A DNA stretch of 64,000 nt, taken from assembly GCF_009914755.1 (NCBI RefSeq), contig NC_060931.1; one strand, given 5' to 3'. The position numbers and the translations under genes were made by a program. Source of the DNA: the human T2T-CHM13v2.0 reference genome, Homo sapiens. A model generated the notes under the pieces. That model did not search any database and was not told the origin of the DNA. It was given only the letters and a program-made list of their open reading frames with translations. Position 1 is the stretch's first letter. Each line of letters begins with the position of its first letter. Positions 20,427 to 33,245 of this stretch are shown piece by piece.

Positions 20427-21086
20427 TGTATCAGTTAGGGATTTCCACACAAGCAGAGCCAATAGGTGAGAAAGAGAGAGATTTACTTAAAGAATTGGCT
20501 CATATGATTGTGGTGCTGGCACGTCTGAAATTTGCAGGGCAGACTAGCAGGCTGGAAGTTCTGGCAGGAGCTGATGTTGCACATGTGTGTGCGAGGGCAG
20601 TCTGGAGGCAGAAAACCTTCCTCTAGAGGGACCTCAGTCTTTTCTCTTACATTAAAGAAGCCCCTAGTGCTGCGTCACAAGAGGCTTGTCCATTTCTCCA
20701 AAGAACCATACAATGTGTCTGTCTTCTTTGACATTTTATCCTCAGATACGTGAAGACATAAGAGGCATGCTTAACAAATTGATAGACGAACCAAAGCTAG
20801 ATGGGAGAGCCAGTATGCTGGAGGACAGAGTGAAGATTCAAAAAAAGGTCTGGGCCAGAACAATGGACTGAAACTAACAAGATAAGATGTTGGAGGGATA
20901 AATCAATTGAATGGATGAGGCCCACCCACATTATGGAGGATAATCTGCTTTACTCAAAGTCTTCTGATTTAAAGGTTAATCACATCTTTAAAAAAAATAC
21001 CTTCACACTAACATCCAGACTGGTGTTTGACAAAATACCTGGGCACCATGGCCTAGCCAAGTTGACATGTAATGTTAATTCTCATA
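20427..21086 (-). mobile_element. MLT2-type (ERVL) solo LTR, inserted in a MIR and carrying a 250-bp foreign insert
   Basis: gaattggctcatatgattgtg, ggatgaggcccacccacattatggag, ggcctagccaagttgaca are MLT2 motifs; degenerate TSD atgtc/acgtt; MIR resumes at 21087. Confidence 0.85.
20657..20906 (+). repeat. Inverted duplicate of 19452-19709
   Basis: Reverse complement aligns throughout; the parallel ORFs 19487-19759(-) and 20686-20871(+) share SISPKNHTMCLSSLTFYPQI..DIRGMLNKLIDE. Confidence 0.95.
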
Positions 21087-22503
21087 ACGTTATTGTGAGA
21101 ATTAAATGAGCTATGCCTGAAAACTATGTGTAATTCTAATTAGCCCAGTTCCCAATACATAAAACCAAATAAATACCTGCAATTATTATTGCCCCACTTT
21201 TACAGATGAAGAAATTAGGGCTTGAACAAGTAAAATAACTTGCCCAAGACCACCGCTGCCAGACTCTGGAGCCAATTTCTCTCAACTCCTCTCCACACTC
21301 CTTGGGACCAGTTAGTTAAGAGTAGCTGCAGCCTCTGGGTAGAGGTGAAGATGGGGTACAAGCTAGTTAGTGGGCAGGCTACATGCTGGCAAAGGGTCCA
21401 ACATGGGACAGTGTGGTTTGTACTCATAAAAGCTTGCCAACCAAAATATAAAAGCATCAGTGAAAAAAATAATGCAGATGTGATACTAGAGATAGAACTG
21501 GTTCCTCTCTAGATGAGATATCTAGGACAATGCTTTTACTTCCTGTGATCTCATAGGCCTCTACATTCACCAGCATCAGTCTAGGTCAGTGTGATTGGGC
21601 CCAGAAGGTTCTAAGTGGCAAGGCCGAGTCTGCTGACTCATGAAAGTCCATTCTGCCACATGCAACAAGCTCACCTTTGAACACTGGGCAAGAGTCGGCT
21701 GACTAGAAGGTGGCAAAGGTGAACCTGAGGCCCCAGATTCTGTTCTCAGGCTGGTCACAACTGATGCTTGCAGAAACTAGGCTAGCGAGTGCCCTGCAAA
21801 CATATATGGGTGATTGCAGAATGCAGGACCCAGCAAGACTGTGTGACTGGTGGTACACAAACATTCCCTATGAGGGAGCAACTGAAACCCTGTCTTGCAG
21901 CAGTAAGCCAGAAGTGCAGAAAGCAGAGAACTACAAGGGAGTCTGAGGTCGATGCTGTTCTCTGCTGTCTGATGTTCCTTGCAGCCCTCAAGCTGATCTG
22001 CTGAGCCCTTATCTCAGCCAATCTATTGACACCATCTCTAGATGCTTTTACCTGCTGAACAGAGCCTTGGACTAGAAATTAAAGTCTAGACCCTCATCAT
22101 AAAGCCATCAATGACACTGGGGGATAGCACTGATCCAGTTTGAGTCCCAGTTTTCCTCTCACATGGATCTACTTTCCTCCAGTCCAACCAGCTACATGCT
22201 AACCCGTTTCAACATGGCTTTGAAAACCATAAAGCATTATCCAATGTCCAGCACTATCACTGGCACTACTGTTTTCAGGAAAGAGATTCAAGGCAGCTCC
22301 CATCCAGCAAGCTTCTCTCTCCTTCCATCCCAGCTGGTACAGACCTCAGCAGTGACACCCACAGATGCCAGTCCCTCAGCATCGTCTACCCATGGTCAGC
22401 ATCCCAGGCGGCAAATATTGATCACAACTGGCTCCATCCTGGTCACCAGACATTTCAGCCAAACGAAGGGGCTCTGAGGAACAAGGCTTCAATTTCTGCA
22501 CAC

Positions 22504-23000
22504 TGTGGTAGGCAATGATGGCCCTCCCGAGAGATGTCCATGTGCTAATCCCCAGAATCTGTGACTATGTCACTTTACATGGCAAAAGGGACTCTGCAGA
22601 TGTGATTACGGTTAAGGCCATTAAGAAAAGTATCCTCGATTATCCAGGTAGACCCCATCTAATGACCCAAGTCCTTAAAAGTGGAGAACTTTTCCCAGCT
22701 GTAGTCAGAGGGAGATGCAGCTATAGAAGAAGGGTCCAAGAGATGCAGCAATGCTGGCTTTGAAGATGAAGGAAGAGAGTCAAGAGTCAAGCAATGAGGG
22801 AGGCCTTTGGAATATGGAAGAGGCAAAGAAACCACCTTCCCCTAAAGCCTCCAGGAAGGACCTCAGCCCCGCCACACCCTCATCTTAGCCTGGTGACAGC
22901 CAAGTCAGACTTCTGACTTAAAAACCCCAAGAGAATAAATTTGTCATTTTAAGCCTACATGTGTGGGAATTTGTTACAGCAGAAATCAGAAACTAATACA
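22504..23000 (+). mobile_element. MLT1D-like MaLR solo LTR
   Basis: tgtggtaggc..aatgatggccc...ggcaaaagggactctgcagatgtgatta...gaaactaataca. Confidence 0.85.
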
Positions 23001-23992
23001 CATGCCAGGTGGAGAAAGCACCCTCTTGCAACCTGGAGCACAGGGAAGGAGTCAGCAGAAAAGGAGAGACCCCGGACAAATTCCTGGACTCACTCTTCTG
23101 CCTCTCCTCCCTCCATTAAGTAATAACCATCCAGGCTTGAGGAGTTCATGAACTGGGGGGTTGGGGGGTGTTAGTGCAGAGAAAGTGATTTCTGGATGAG
23201 AAGTTAGAATCTATATCCACATCTGGGCTGGACCCACCTTCATGACTTCAATGTGTTTCTGGGTTTTGAGTGTGTGTAAGAAAGAATGGAGAACATGACT
23301 ATCTCTCCTATATCCATCCCCCTTCCAAAAATGGAGAACATCCCTTATCTGACTCCTCCTTCCTCCCCTCTCCAGCCAGCATCCACAAGGGATAGTCCAT
23401 CACCACAGCCTCTCCCCGGTGCCTCCTTCCCATCCCAGCAAGAGCCAGCAGCCATCCATTCTTAGCTCTTAGTCATCTCTTTATAGCGATGAACGCCATC
23501 GTTAGGAGCCTTTCATTATCAGCGACTTGCACGCAGCTGATGTTGATTTGATAGAATCCAATTTAGCATCCCACTCTGGGCTCTGCTCCATAAGCGTTTG
23601 GGTTTAGCATGCACAGGCAGTTTGATGCTGTCTTGATGGCCTTTTAAGCGGCTGAGAAAATTGCTGGCATGGCAATTTAGTGGCAGGCGGGCTCCTGGTG
23701 GGTGGGGCTGGAGGAATAAGGGGAGGAGCAAGAGACCAAGGGGACATTTCAGCCCATCGCTGTAAAAGGCAGCTAAGCAGTTGGGAATCACACATTGAAA
23801 GTGAAGCAGCAACAGACAAAACCTCCAGGGTGTCTGAGGGGGCCTGGCCTGATGAGACCATGGTGGCTTCTTCTGGCAGGCCCAGTTCTGCCTCCAAAAT
23901 CAAAGTGCCTGTGAAGGGCACTTCACCATCCACACACTGCTTTCTTCCATGATCTTCCATTTCCCTGCAGAATGGATAAAGTTCCTAGAGGG

Positions 23993-24150
23993 CAGTGCTG
24001 TGCTGGTAAACATTTAACCTCTGGATCTCCAAATTTAAAAGTCCTGATTTGTAGCATTTGTCCATTAACCTGGTGCAAATACTCCCACTATGCCAATTTC
24101 AAGCTACCAACGAGATGCCACTGAATGCAGACTTGGGAAGAGATGTCCTC
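23993..24150 (-). mobile_element. MER63A-like hAT DNA transposon fragment
   Basis: cagtgctgtgctggtaaacatttaa...aaatactcccact..atttcaagctaccaac...ttgggaagagatg. Confidence 0.7.
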
Positions 24151-24669
24151 GATGAGTTCTGTGGGTTTGAGGGTCATGATGTTATTCTGAATTTGAGCCC
24201 ATTTTACAACTGAACAAGCTCAGGCCCTGAATGGTTCCGATTTGGTCATGAGCTAATGGATAAAGCCTTTGCCCCAACAAGAGGCCACAGATGCAAGGCT
24301 ACTCCACCGCTTTGCTATGGACAGATGTGCAGATCTGAAAAAGCGCTGCCTGGGCCAGAACCAGGAACGTGGTAGACAGGCAGCCACACCCTCTTCCCCA
24401 CTCATCCACCACACACTGTATTTGAGTGTGTGCCTTCTCCTGGGGAAGGGAGAGGTGTGGGATGTTGGGGTGAGGGCAGGGCCACCTCTTCCTGGGAGGC
24501 CGAGGACAAGAGAGCTCCTCTTTCCCCTGCAATCTGATTTTAGTTCAAGAGGCTGAATGGCCTGAGAAGTCTCTTTTTCCTTCCCACCTGGCTCCTTGCC
24601 TTCTCTTTCTAACCAGAGACCTCAGAAAATCTATGGCTTGAAATCTTCCCTCTCCTGAGAGGTAGAGTG

Positions 24670-24671
<2 letters not shown>

Positions 24672-24717
<46 letters not shown>
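24672..24717. repeat. (GT)n microsatellite
   Basis: Directly visible. Confidence 0.95.
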
Positions 24718-24719
<2 letters not shown>

Positions 24720-24999
24720 AGCCTCTGGCCTCTGGCTCTCTTCTTCTGTCCTCTAATTGGATGCTAGGCTTTTCACCCCAGAGGCCAGAGGCATCTTTAG
24801 GGTGATACAGTAGAAACCCAGTGCCCCGCATCCCTCCTTGGCCCACCTCTGATTTCAGCCACAGCTGCAGTGCAGAGTTCCAGGCTGGCTCAGATTCACC
24901 CCTCTGACAGTGTCCTACTTTAGCAACATGCAGCCAGGCTCACCTCCTTCTGACCCCAGGGCTTTCTCTGTCACCATGTGTTAGACCTGCAAGCAGCAG

Positions 25000-25875
25000 C
25001 AGCAGCCTGAAGTACAGGGAGTTTATGCCCCCAGGGCAACACCCAACCAAACAGGACAGGAGCCAGTGGGAAAAAGCCTCAGCCTCTCAGTCTTCAGGCA
25101 GGCAATTCAGGGCATCCTTACTAAGTTGCTCAGAAGCCCCGGCAACACCAAGACTCCATGGTCTTGCTTTTCTCTGCTGCCCCCTCCTGCTTCTTGAGTC
25201 CCCTCCCAAATAAACTACTGATAGCAGCAGAAGGCAGCCAAATGCGTAGGCAGGTAGGGGCGGGTCCCCAGTGAAACCCCACCACCAAGCTGAAGATAGC
25301 TTAAAGCCTGAAAGCCAAGCTACAAGTCAAATCCACAGGTCAGATTGAGAACCTGTCTTCCCATTTGGTGCACTTTCCTCTGATTGATCCCCACTCTTCA
25401 CCTATTTTATATATACCTACTCTTTCCTAATTGGTTTTCTACACTGTCATGCCCACCTTTGAGTGGTGTCTTCACTTTAACCTTTTTTGCATACTCACAA
25501 ACCAATGAGCATATACTTCCCATCCTGAGTCCATAAAAAACCCCGGACCCAGCCACACTGAGAGAAAAATCACCCAACTGCGGGGGTGAAGGATCGCCTC
25601 TCCCCCAGCTCCGCATCCCCTCTCCACTGAGAGCTGTTCCATAGCTCAATAAAATTATTCTCTGCCCATTGTCACCCTTCAACTGTCAATGTATCCTCAT
25701 TCTTCTTGGACACAGGACAAGAGCTTGGGAACCACTGAATGTGGATACAAGCTATAATACTGACAGCGGGGTGGAGAGGTGATTGCCGGCTAGAGGTCCC
25801 AGCTTACAACATGATCAAGAAAATTCCTGGGTCACTACCTGCACCAACTCCTTGTCTCGGGCTCTGCTTTCAGAT
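25000..25875 (+). mobile_element. Old ERVL LTR (LTR16/LTR33-like), host of the nested ERV1 LTR
   Basis: cccaaataaactac / ctgcacc..ccttgtctcgggctctgctt is continuous across the insertion. Confidence 0.45.
25219..25834 (+). mobile_element. ERV1 solo LTR (LTR9-like)
   Basis: TG...CA termini; 4-bp TSD ctac (25215-25218, 25835-25838); GC box 25257, CCAAT 25502, AATAAA 25648. Confidence 0.8.
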
Positions 25876-26174
25876 ATAAATGCAAACCTTCTGAGGTGAT
25901 ACCAATATTCTCCCCATTTTACAGATGAGGAAACCAAGACAATCACAAGGGTGATTGTCTACCCACCCAGTGTGCCCATAGGACAGGGGTTCTTGGAGCT
26001 GCAACCACAGCCCACATTCACTGAGATGGCTGGGACAGGGCTGCCCATGCCGGGAGTCACCTTGGCCATAAAGAACACCCCATAATCAGTGAGTGGCTGT
26101 CTCTGTTTGTGCTTGAATTGTTCTCTCTGAAAAGAAACCTTCTCAAAGTTTGAACTCATTTTTGTTTTGCTTTT

Positions 26175-26295
26175 GTTAATATATACATATATGCATATAC
26201 ACAACATACATATATATGTATAAATCTATATGTAAATATATATGTGCATAAATACATATTAACAAATGTGTCTGTGTGTGTGTATGTGTGTGTAT
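26175..26295. repeat. (TA)n/(TG)n low-complexity tract next to an old L1ME 3' fragment
   Basis: Directly visible. Confidence 0.8.
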
Positions 26296-28499
26296 AGTTG
26301 AAAGATTGGAAAGAAATTTTCCAAAATGACAACAGTAGTTATTCCTGGATGGTAGCAGATGATATTCCTATTTTGTGTGTGTTTTTCTGTCTTTTCTAAT
26401 TTTTTCCACAATGAGATATTACCCTGGTAAGAGGCCAAAGCATTATTGTTTTTAAAAACATATCAAACCTCTTTGATGGAATTCATCATTAAAGTAAAAC
26501 ACTGACTGCTAGACAGCAGGGGCCCTTAGCAGGTGTGTAAAACTCCATCCCAGCAGCAAGCCCATCATTTCCTAGGAAACCCAAACAGTAGAGAGGACAG
26601 AGGGCAGAGAGAAGACAGAAAAGGTGAATGTGGAGGAAGGGAAGATTTAAAAGTCAGATAAAGTCCCCTTCTCCAGACATGCAGGTGCACTGGGGTGGGA
26701 AAGGGGGCTGGGAGAAGAAGGATGGGGACCCAGTTACCGTACAGGGCATGGGCAGTGTGCACCAGTTGTGGGACAGTGGTGATGATTTGACAGGAAGGAC
26801 TCAAGTTTGAATAAGATGCTTTTAGAGAGCTCTAGAAGGAATGGGCAAGATCTTGGCCTTCACAAAGCTACAGTAAATACATTAGGCAACATTTGCCATC
26901 CCATTTTTGGAGATTTCCATTCACCTCGGAGTGCTGAGAAAAGGAGTATTTTCCCAGGTCGGCCAATTCCCCTTTGTCCATTCATCCCACAAATTTGGAT
27001 GGAGCACCCCTGCTCCAGCCACTGCACTGTCAGCTCCAGGAGTTCAGGATCACAATGGCCTTCCTTACTGTGGTTTCCCCAACAGCTGTTGGCACAGTGA
27101 CTGGTGGACATCTAATAACTGGGACTGAATAACAGAAAATCCAACCAGTACCCCACCTCATGGAAAAGAGGCTGTCAGTCTGGGTGGAAAGAAAAATTAG
27201 TCCAAAGACCAGAGTTTTTATCTCTGTCCTTCTAGCAAACCACCTCACAATCTTTGGGAGGTCAGCTATTTCCTTTATGATCCTTCTTGGACACAGGACA
27301 AGAGCTCCAATAGGAAGAGCTTACCTTAAAAGAAAATCCAGAGAAGGAATACATACCATCTGTTATATACTTGTTGTTCCTTAGGATCAAGAACTGGCAT
27401 AAACTGAGGGCATAAATCAGTCCTGTCCTCAAATGCTAGAGCCACAGGAGAGTCTGAAGAAGCACCCCAGGCAGTCCATGGGGCTCGACGAATACTGAGA
27501 CTAAGGCGGTGGTATTGGGGGCTGGGACAGCGCTGGGGCTGAGTGTGGATCTTTCTGTTTCTCTTCAATGGCCTCTCCCCTGGGATCTCGTGGTCTTAAT
27601 GGAGGCTGCATTAGCTAATCTAGTGATTCAATTAGTTCTAAATGCTCCTGGCCTGAGAAGGAGGGACAGGCAAGGTGGGGATTTGCTGACTCCTATTTGC
27701 CGGAAAGGGTTTCCCAAGACAATGGAGATGCAATTTGAATTCCCAAGCCCCCCACTTCCTTCTCCATTCAGGAGCCCCAGGGTCATCAACCCAAATGAGA
27801 TCATGCCTGTGAAAGCACTCTGTAAACTCTTTTTATTACTCATTCCCTCCTGGGGGGAGAGCCCCCCACTGCCTTCTGCAGCCACTTGATGGCCCAGAGG
27901 GTAAGGGAGGTAAGGGAGGCTCCTCAGGCAGAAGGACCAGCAAGTTTTTGAGAGGAGACCCCAGAACTACCCTAAGAAATACCAGACTACTGATTTTTCT
28001 GACTTTGTAGAATGTAAATTATTTGTTGATCTTCTGCAGCAAACATCAACTTTTTCTCTTGTGACAGCTCTGTTCAGTTCTGGGCCCCTCTATTCAGATG
28101 GAAAATCCTGCACCGCTCACATGGGGACACAGGCACAAACTGTCTCTACCATTATTTCCTCTGGTAACCTTCTCCCCACAGAGAGACCTAACTTTGAGAG
28201 CAAGGAACTCATCTTTTTTTTTTTTGAGAAGGAGCACATCTTAGGTGGCAGTTCCTAGAGAGCTCTGCTCGGGACCTGGCAGGAAGAGACAGAAAAAAGA
28301 AAATGTAGAAGAAGAGAGGTCAGCAAAAGGAAAAAAAAAAAGGACAAAATGGCACAGAGGTGAGTCTCTGCCGTCTGGAGGTCCTTGGAGGAAGATCTGC
28401 TTATTGTTGCTAGCTCCCTGGGAGCTGCTGGAATTGGGAGGAGTCACTTTACCACTTTGATCTCAATTCCTCCCATGTAAAATGCGAAGATTTGGTTGG

Positions 28500-28645
28500 A
28501 ATAGTGATTCCAACTTGGATTGTGCGTTGGAATCACCTGGGAAGAGTTTAAAACCACGCATGCCTTGGCCCTACACACAAAGATTCTAAACTAATTGGCT
28601 TGGGTGTGAAGTCTGGACATGAGATGATTTTTCTTTCTCCAGGTA
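28500..28645. mobile_element. MER5-type hAT fragment
   Basis: ttggaatcacctggga...agattctaaactaattgg..ctccaggt. Confidence 0.55.
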
Positions 28646-28775
28646 GTGACGTGCTGGTAAACCTAAACACACTCTCAAAATAAAAAGAGATCTGATTTGT
28701 AACATTTGACCATTTCCATAGTGTAAATATTCCCACTCTGGCCTATTTCAAGCAGCCAACAAGTGTAACAACTGG
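28644..28775 (-). mobile_element. MER63A-like fragment
   Basis: gtgacgtgctggtaaac...gtgtaaatattcccac..atttcaagcagccaac. Confidence 0.6.
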
Positions 28776-29434
28776 CATACCGCTGTCTCTCGGGAATTCT
28801 AAAGAGAACTGCTACATCAGCTACTTCAGGAAAACGCATTTACCTGGGACCATGGAGCGTCAAGTCCTCGGAGTAGAGGTGAGAAGAAAGGGTCTGGTCA
28901 TAACTCCCATGAGAATGCCCCCCAACAACCCCCTTTCCTCTCATCCCATTCTCCCCACCAAAGGCACTCACAGTGGTTTGCGGAGATAAAGGGCAAAGAA
29001 GGAATGAAAGTCCCAGTGGCCTCCAAATGCTGTCAAGGCCACTTCCAGGAAACAACCTCTTAGCTGTTCATCTCCCTTTCTTTCCCATCTGGAAAATCTC
29101 TTTAACACTGAAAGCAGTTAGCCAGTCATCTGAAAGGTCAATTTTTCACACATTATCCACTTTCATCAGCAGTAAGATCAAGAACTGTTTTCCCAGAAGA
29201 CATTCAGAACTTCTGTTAGAGCCAGGGTGGGAAGAGAAGGGGCAGAGGGAGGGACCAATGGGAAGAAGGAAGACATCCGCTCCTCCTAAGCAATGGCGAG
29301 GTTTCCGACGTTTCACCTGGGGCCAGGTCTCGGCCTCTCTTCGTCCTCTCCTCCGAGGCTGATCCTCTTGTATTCAACTAAATTTAGTAGTATTTGTTAA
29401 GTACATTCACAAATTCAGCTCTGTGCTATTTTGA

Positions 29435-29748
<314 letters not shown>

Positions 29749-29877
29749 TAGAGAATCTGGTTTTTTAATTGGAAACAACTGTCCTTTGGGACATTAACAA
29801 CTAGTAGGAGAGTCTTTAAGTCAAGACTCAAGGGAGAAACCAACAAGCTGAGGAACTCTAAGTCGTGTGTAAATCAG

Positions 29878-29960
29878 TATTGGATTGGTGCAAAAGTAAT
29901 TGCGGTTTTTGCCATGAAAGTAGTGGCAAAAACCTCAACTGCTTTTGCACCAGCCTAATA
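29878..29960. mobile_element. MADE1 (Hsmar1-derived MITE)
   Basis: Paired TIRs ttggtgcaaaagtaattgcggtttttgcca / tggcaaaaacc..cttttgcaccagcctaa flanked by TA. Confidence 0.92.
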
Positions 29961-31545
29961 TGACAGTTGGGTACGGGCTGCATATACGAGTGTTGGTGAA
30001 ATCCAGGATATGTTTATAAATGTATTTTTTTATATCCCACCAATTTCCAAAAAGGAGTGTAAGTGATGAGACCCAGAAAAGGACCAAAGCCAGTACAGAT
30101 TCACACTGCAAGTCCTCATGGATGGGAGACTTGTCCTGATACATCAGGCCATTGAGTGATCCCCTGGGTAAGGCAAGTCCAGGTCTACTGGGCCTCTAGG
30201 AAGTAACTTTCTCAGGCAGATGGCCCTCAGTTTGGGCAGATGGCTCTGGCAGGGCCATAAACTTGTCAAGTTATTAACAATGGGTGGGTATGCCTCCACT
30301 TAGAGGGGACACCTTTGGCTAATGTGCTCAAACACATTCAACTGGCAAGCAAGAGACCCAGAATGAGTCCATCCTGCCAACGTCACAGAGCCAAGCTGGG
30401 CCTCCCCAGCATTCATTCAGACCTGAGGCCCAGGTTCTAGTCCCCACTCTGCAATAAACAAGATTTACTGCTAAGATTCATGGATGCCCTAAAGGAGAAC
30501 GGGAGCATGAACTTGGATAATAAACAAAATAATCAATAAACACTTAGCATTTGGGTCTTTGGCCATTGCTGTCTTGGATTTACATTAGGTTTGGGCTAAT
30601 ATGTTACCTCTCCCGAGCCCACATTGATCTGGTGGTGGTTGGATGCCTGGGCGAGTCATCATGAAATATAAAATTAGATGCAGAGATTTTTTTGCATAGG
30701 TAGAGTGAATATTTGCCATCAACAAAGCACCCTGAACCACAGAATTGACTAATATTGAAGATAAAGGGGGCTTTGAGATGATCAGCTCAGATCATCCAAT
30801 TTTACAGATGAAAAAAAAAAACACTAAAGAAGTAAAGTGTGTGGGTCAAAGTCACAGAGCTTCTTAGAGGTGGACCTTTGTCTCGGTGTGTCTGAGACAG
30901 AAGGCGTGGCTCCAGCACTCACCACCATTCACAAGCCCACACGCTGTGCCTGAAAGGATATGACAGGGGAAGAAAAGGCTGAATTGCAAAAGAAATATAG
31001 AAATAGACAGTAATATGGATGCAATTCAGTGGCAGATCAGGGGGCAGAGGAAGGAAAAAATAGATTCTAGAATTAGGCAAGGACCAGATCAGTCAAGGGT
31101 GAAAAAGGAGAATTGTGAATGAAAGATGAATGGGGTACAGACCGTGGAGAAAGATGAAATAAGCGAAGTATGAAATCAACCCTCCTTTGGCCGTACCTTC
31201 CAGGGCAGCCTTGAAATATGTCACTTACTGCCTGTCACTTGCAGGTATAGAGGAGGTGAAGTTGGTGGTGAGTGAGGTGGCAGTGGGGATGGCTTTCTGT
31301 GTGTGGCCAGGTCACAGCAGAGGGTCTTCAGGGGAGACTTTCGGGAAGGAGCAGTACTCCTGGAAACTTAGGGGTTAACTCATCTGGGTAGATAGCGGAA
31401 TCTCTTCCTCACCAGCCAGGATGGAACAGTGTCTGCCTTTCTTCATTCCCTGCTGAACCTCTTGCAGCTGCACTTGTTTTCTTCTCTGACCTGGTTCTTG
31501 TCTCCATGAGTCCTGGGTGGAGTGCCAGATCAAGCCCCTGCTGTA

Positions 31546-32170
<625 letters not shown>

Positions 32171-33087
32171 AACCTGATGCAAACTCTGCCTCTTCCTCGA
32201 CTATTCTAATCCCACACACAGAGGTGTGCACAGTAAGCCCAGGCCTGAGAGTCCAAATTGCTTAGAATGAGGTCCTGGTGATCATTTAGTAACACAAACC
32301 TCTGCCCCTCGCCCTCCCCATCCTCCCTGATCCTCTCCCTGCCTGAGTCTGAGAACAAGAGTTTGTACTGAATTCGACTCCAAGCAGGTAGGATACACCA
32401 AACTGGAAGTCACAGTGTGCACTTTAGACAGACACTGTTCAGGAAGTGAAAAATGGCACCTACACCTGCATTCTGGGTGGGGGCCCTTCTGACCCGTGAA
32501 AGGACCCGTCAAGCCACACAACTACACAAGGCTTCACCTTTAGGAGAAAGATGAATACTTGGTGAAAACTAGTGTTGACAGACCAGGAAGCCCAACACAC
32601 AAAACCAAGGGGCACTGTGTCCTCCAGCCAAGCATCACTGGACAGATCCAGGCACCTCTCCTGACTGTGAGTGAGGCCCTGAAACACAAAGATTCAAGGG
32701 GCTCGGCCATGTCACACAGCAAGCCTGAGACACCGCAGGGCCCAAATCAGTGTTTCCCAAGTCAGCACCCCATCTCCCGGAAACAGGCTGAGCACACTTT
32801 TGAAAGGAGAGAGCTAAGGGGCTGGCATGGGTTTGCTTGATCAAGCTAAACACGGGTTTGATTTGTCAAGCTGAAAGTAAATACATGGGGTTAAGGGACT
32901 GTTGTCTTCACAAAGGGGGAGCCAAGCCTAGCCAAAAGTTTTCACAGTCTGCTGGCCACCTACAAAAACTAGACAAAGGAACACAAATACCCACTCGCTC
33001 CCTTTAACCCTTCTTTCCCAAATCTCAGAGAAGAGAAACTGGGGGATCTGTAAGTGAGTTGAAAGGTGAACTGCAAATGCCTGGACA

Positions 33088-33245
33088 GGAGAATCATCCT
33101 GGGAGCAAATTAAAATGCAGACTCCAGGGCTCCCGACTCCCCCAGGCTCTGGTCTGGATTAGGGCCTGGCGATCTGTATTTGTCACAGCACCCTCTGTTG
33201 TGTCTGATGCGGTTGGTCCCTGGACCACTCTTTGGAAAACCCTGG
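33088..33245. mobile_element. MER5A/B hAT fragment
   Basis: gaatcatcctgggag..aaaatgcagactccaggg...tctgatgcggttggtccctggaccactctttg. Confidence 0.6.

Noticed and set aside
19487-20871. Two similar peptides on opposite strands as a gene pair
   Set aside because: Explained by the inverted duplication of decayed L3 sequence
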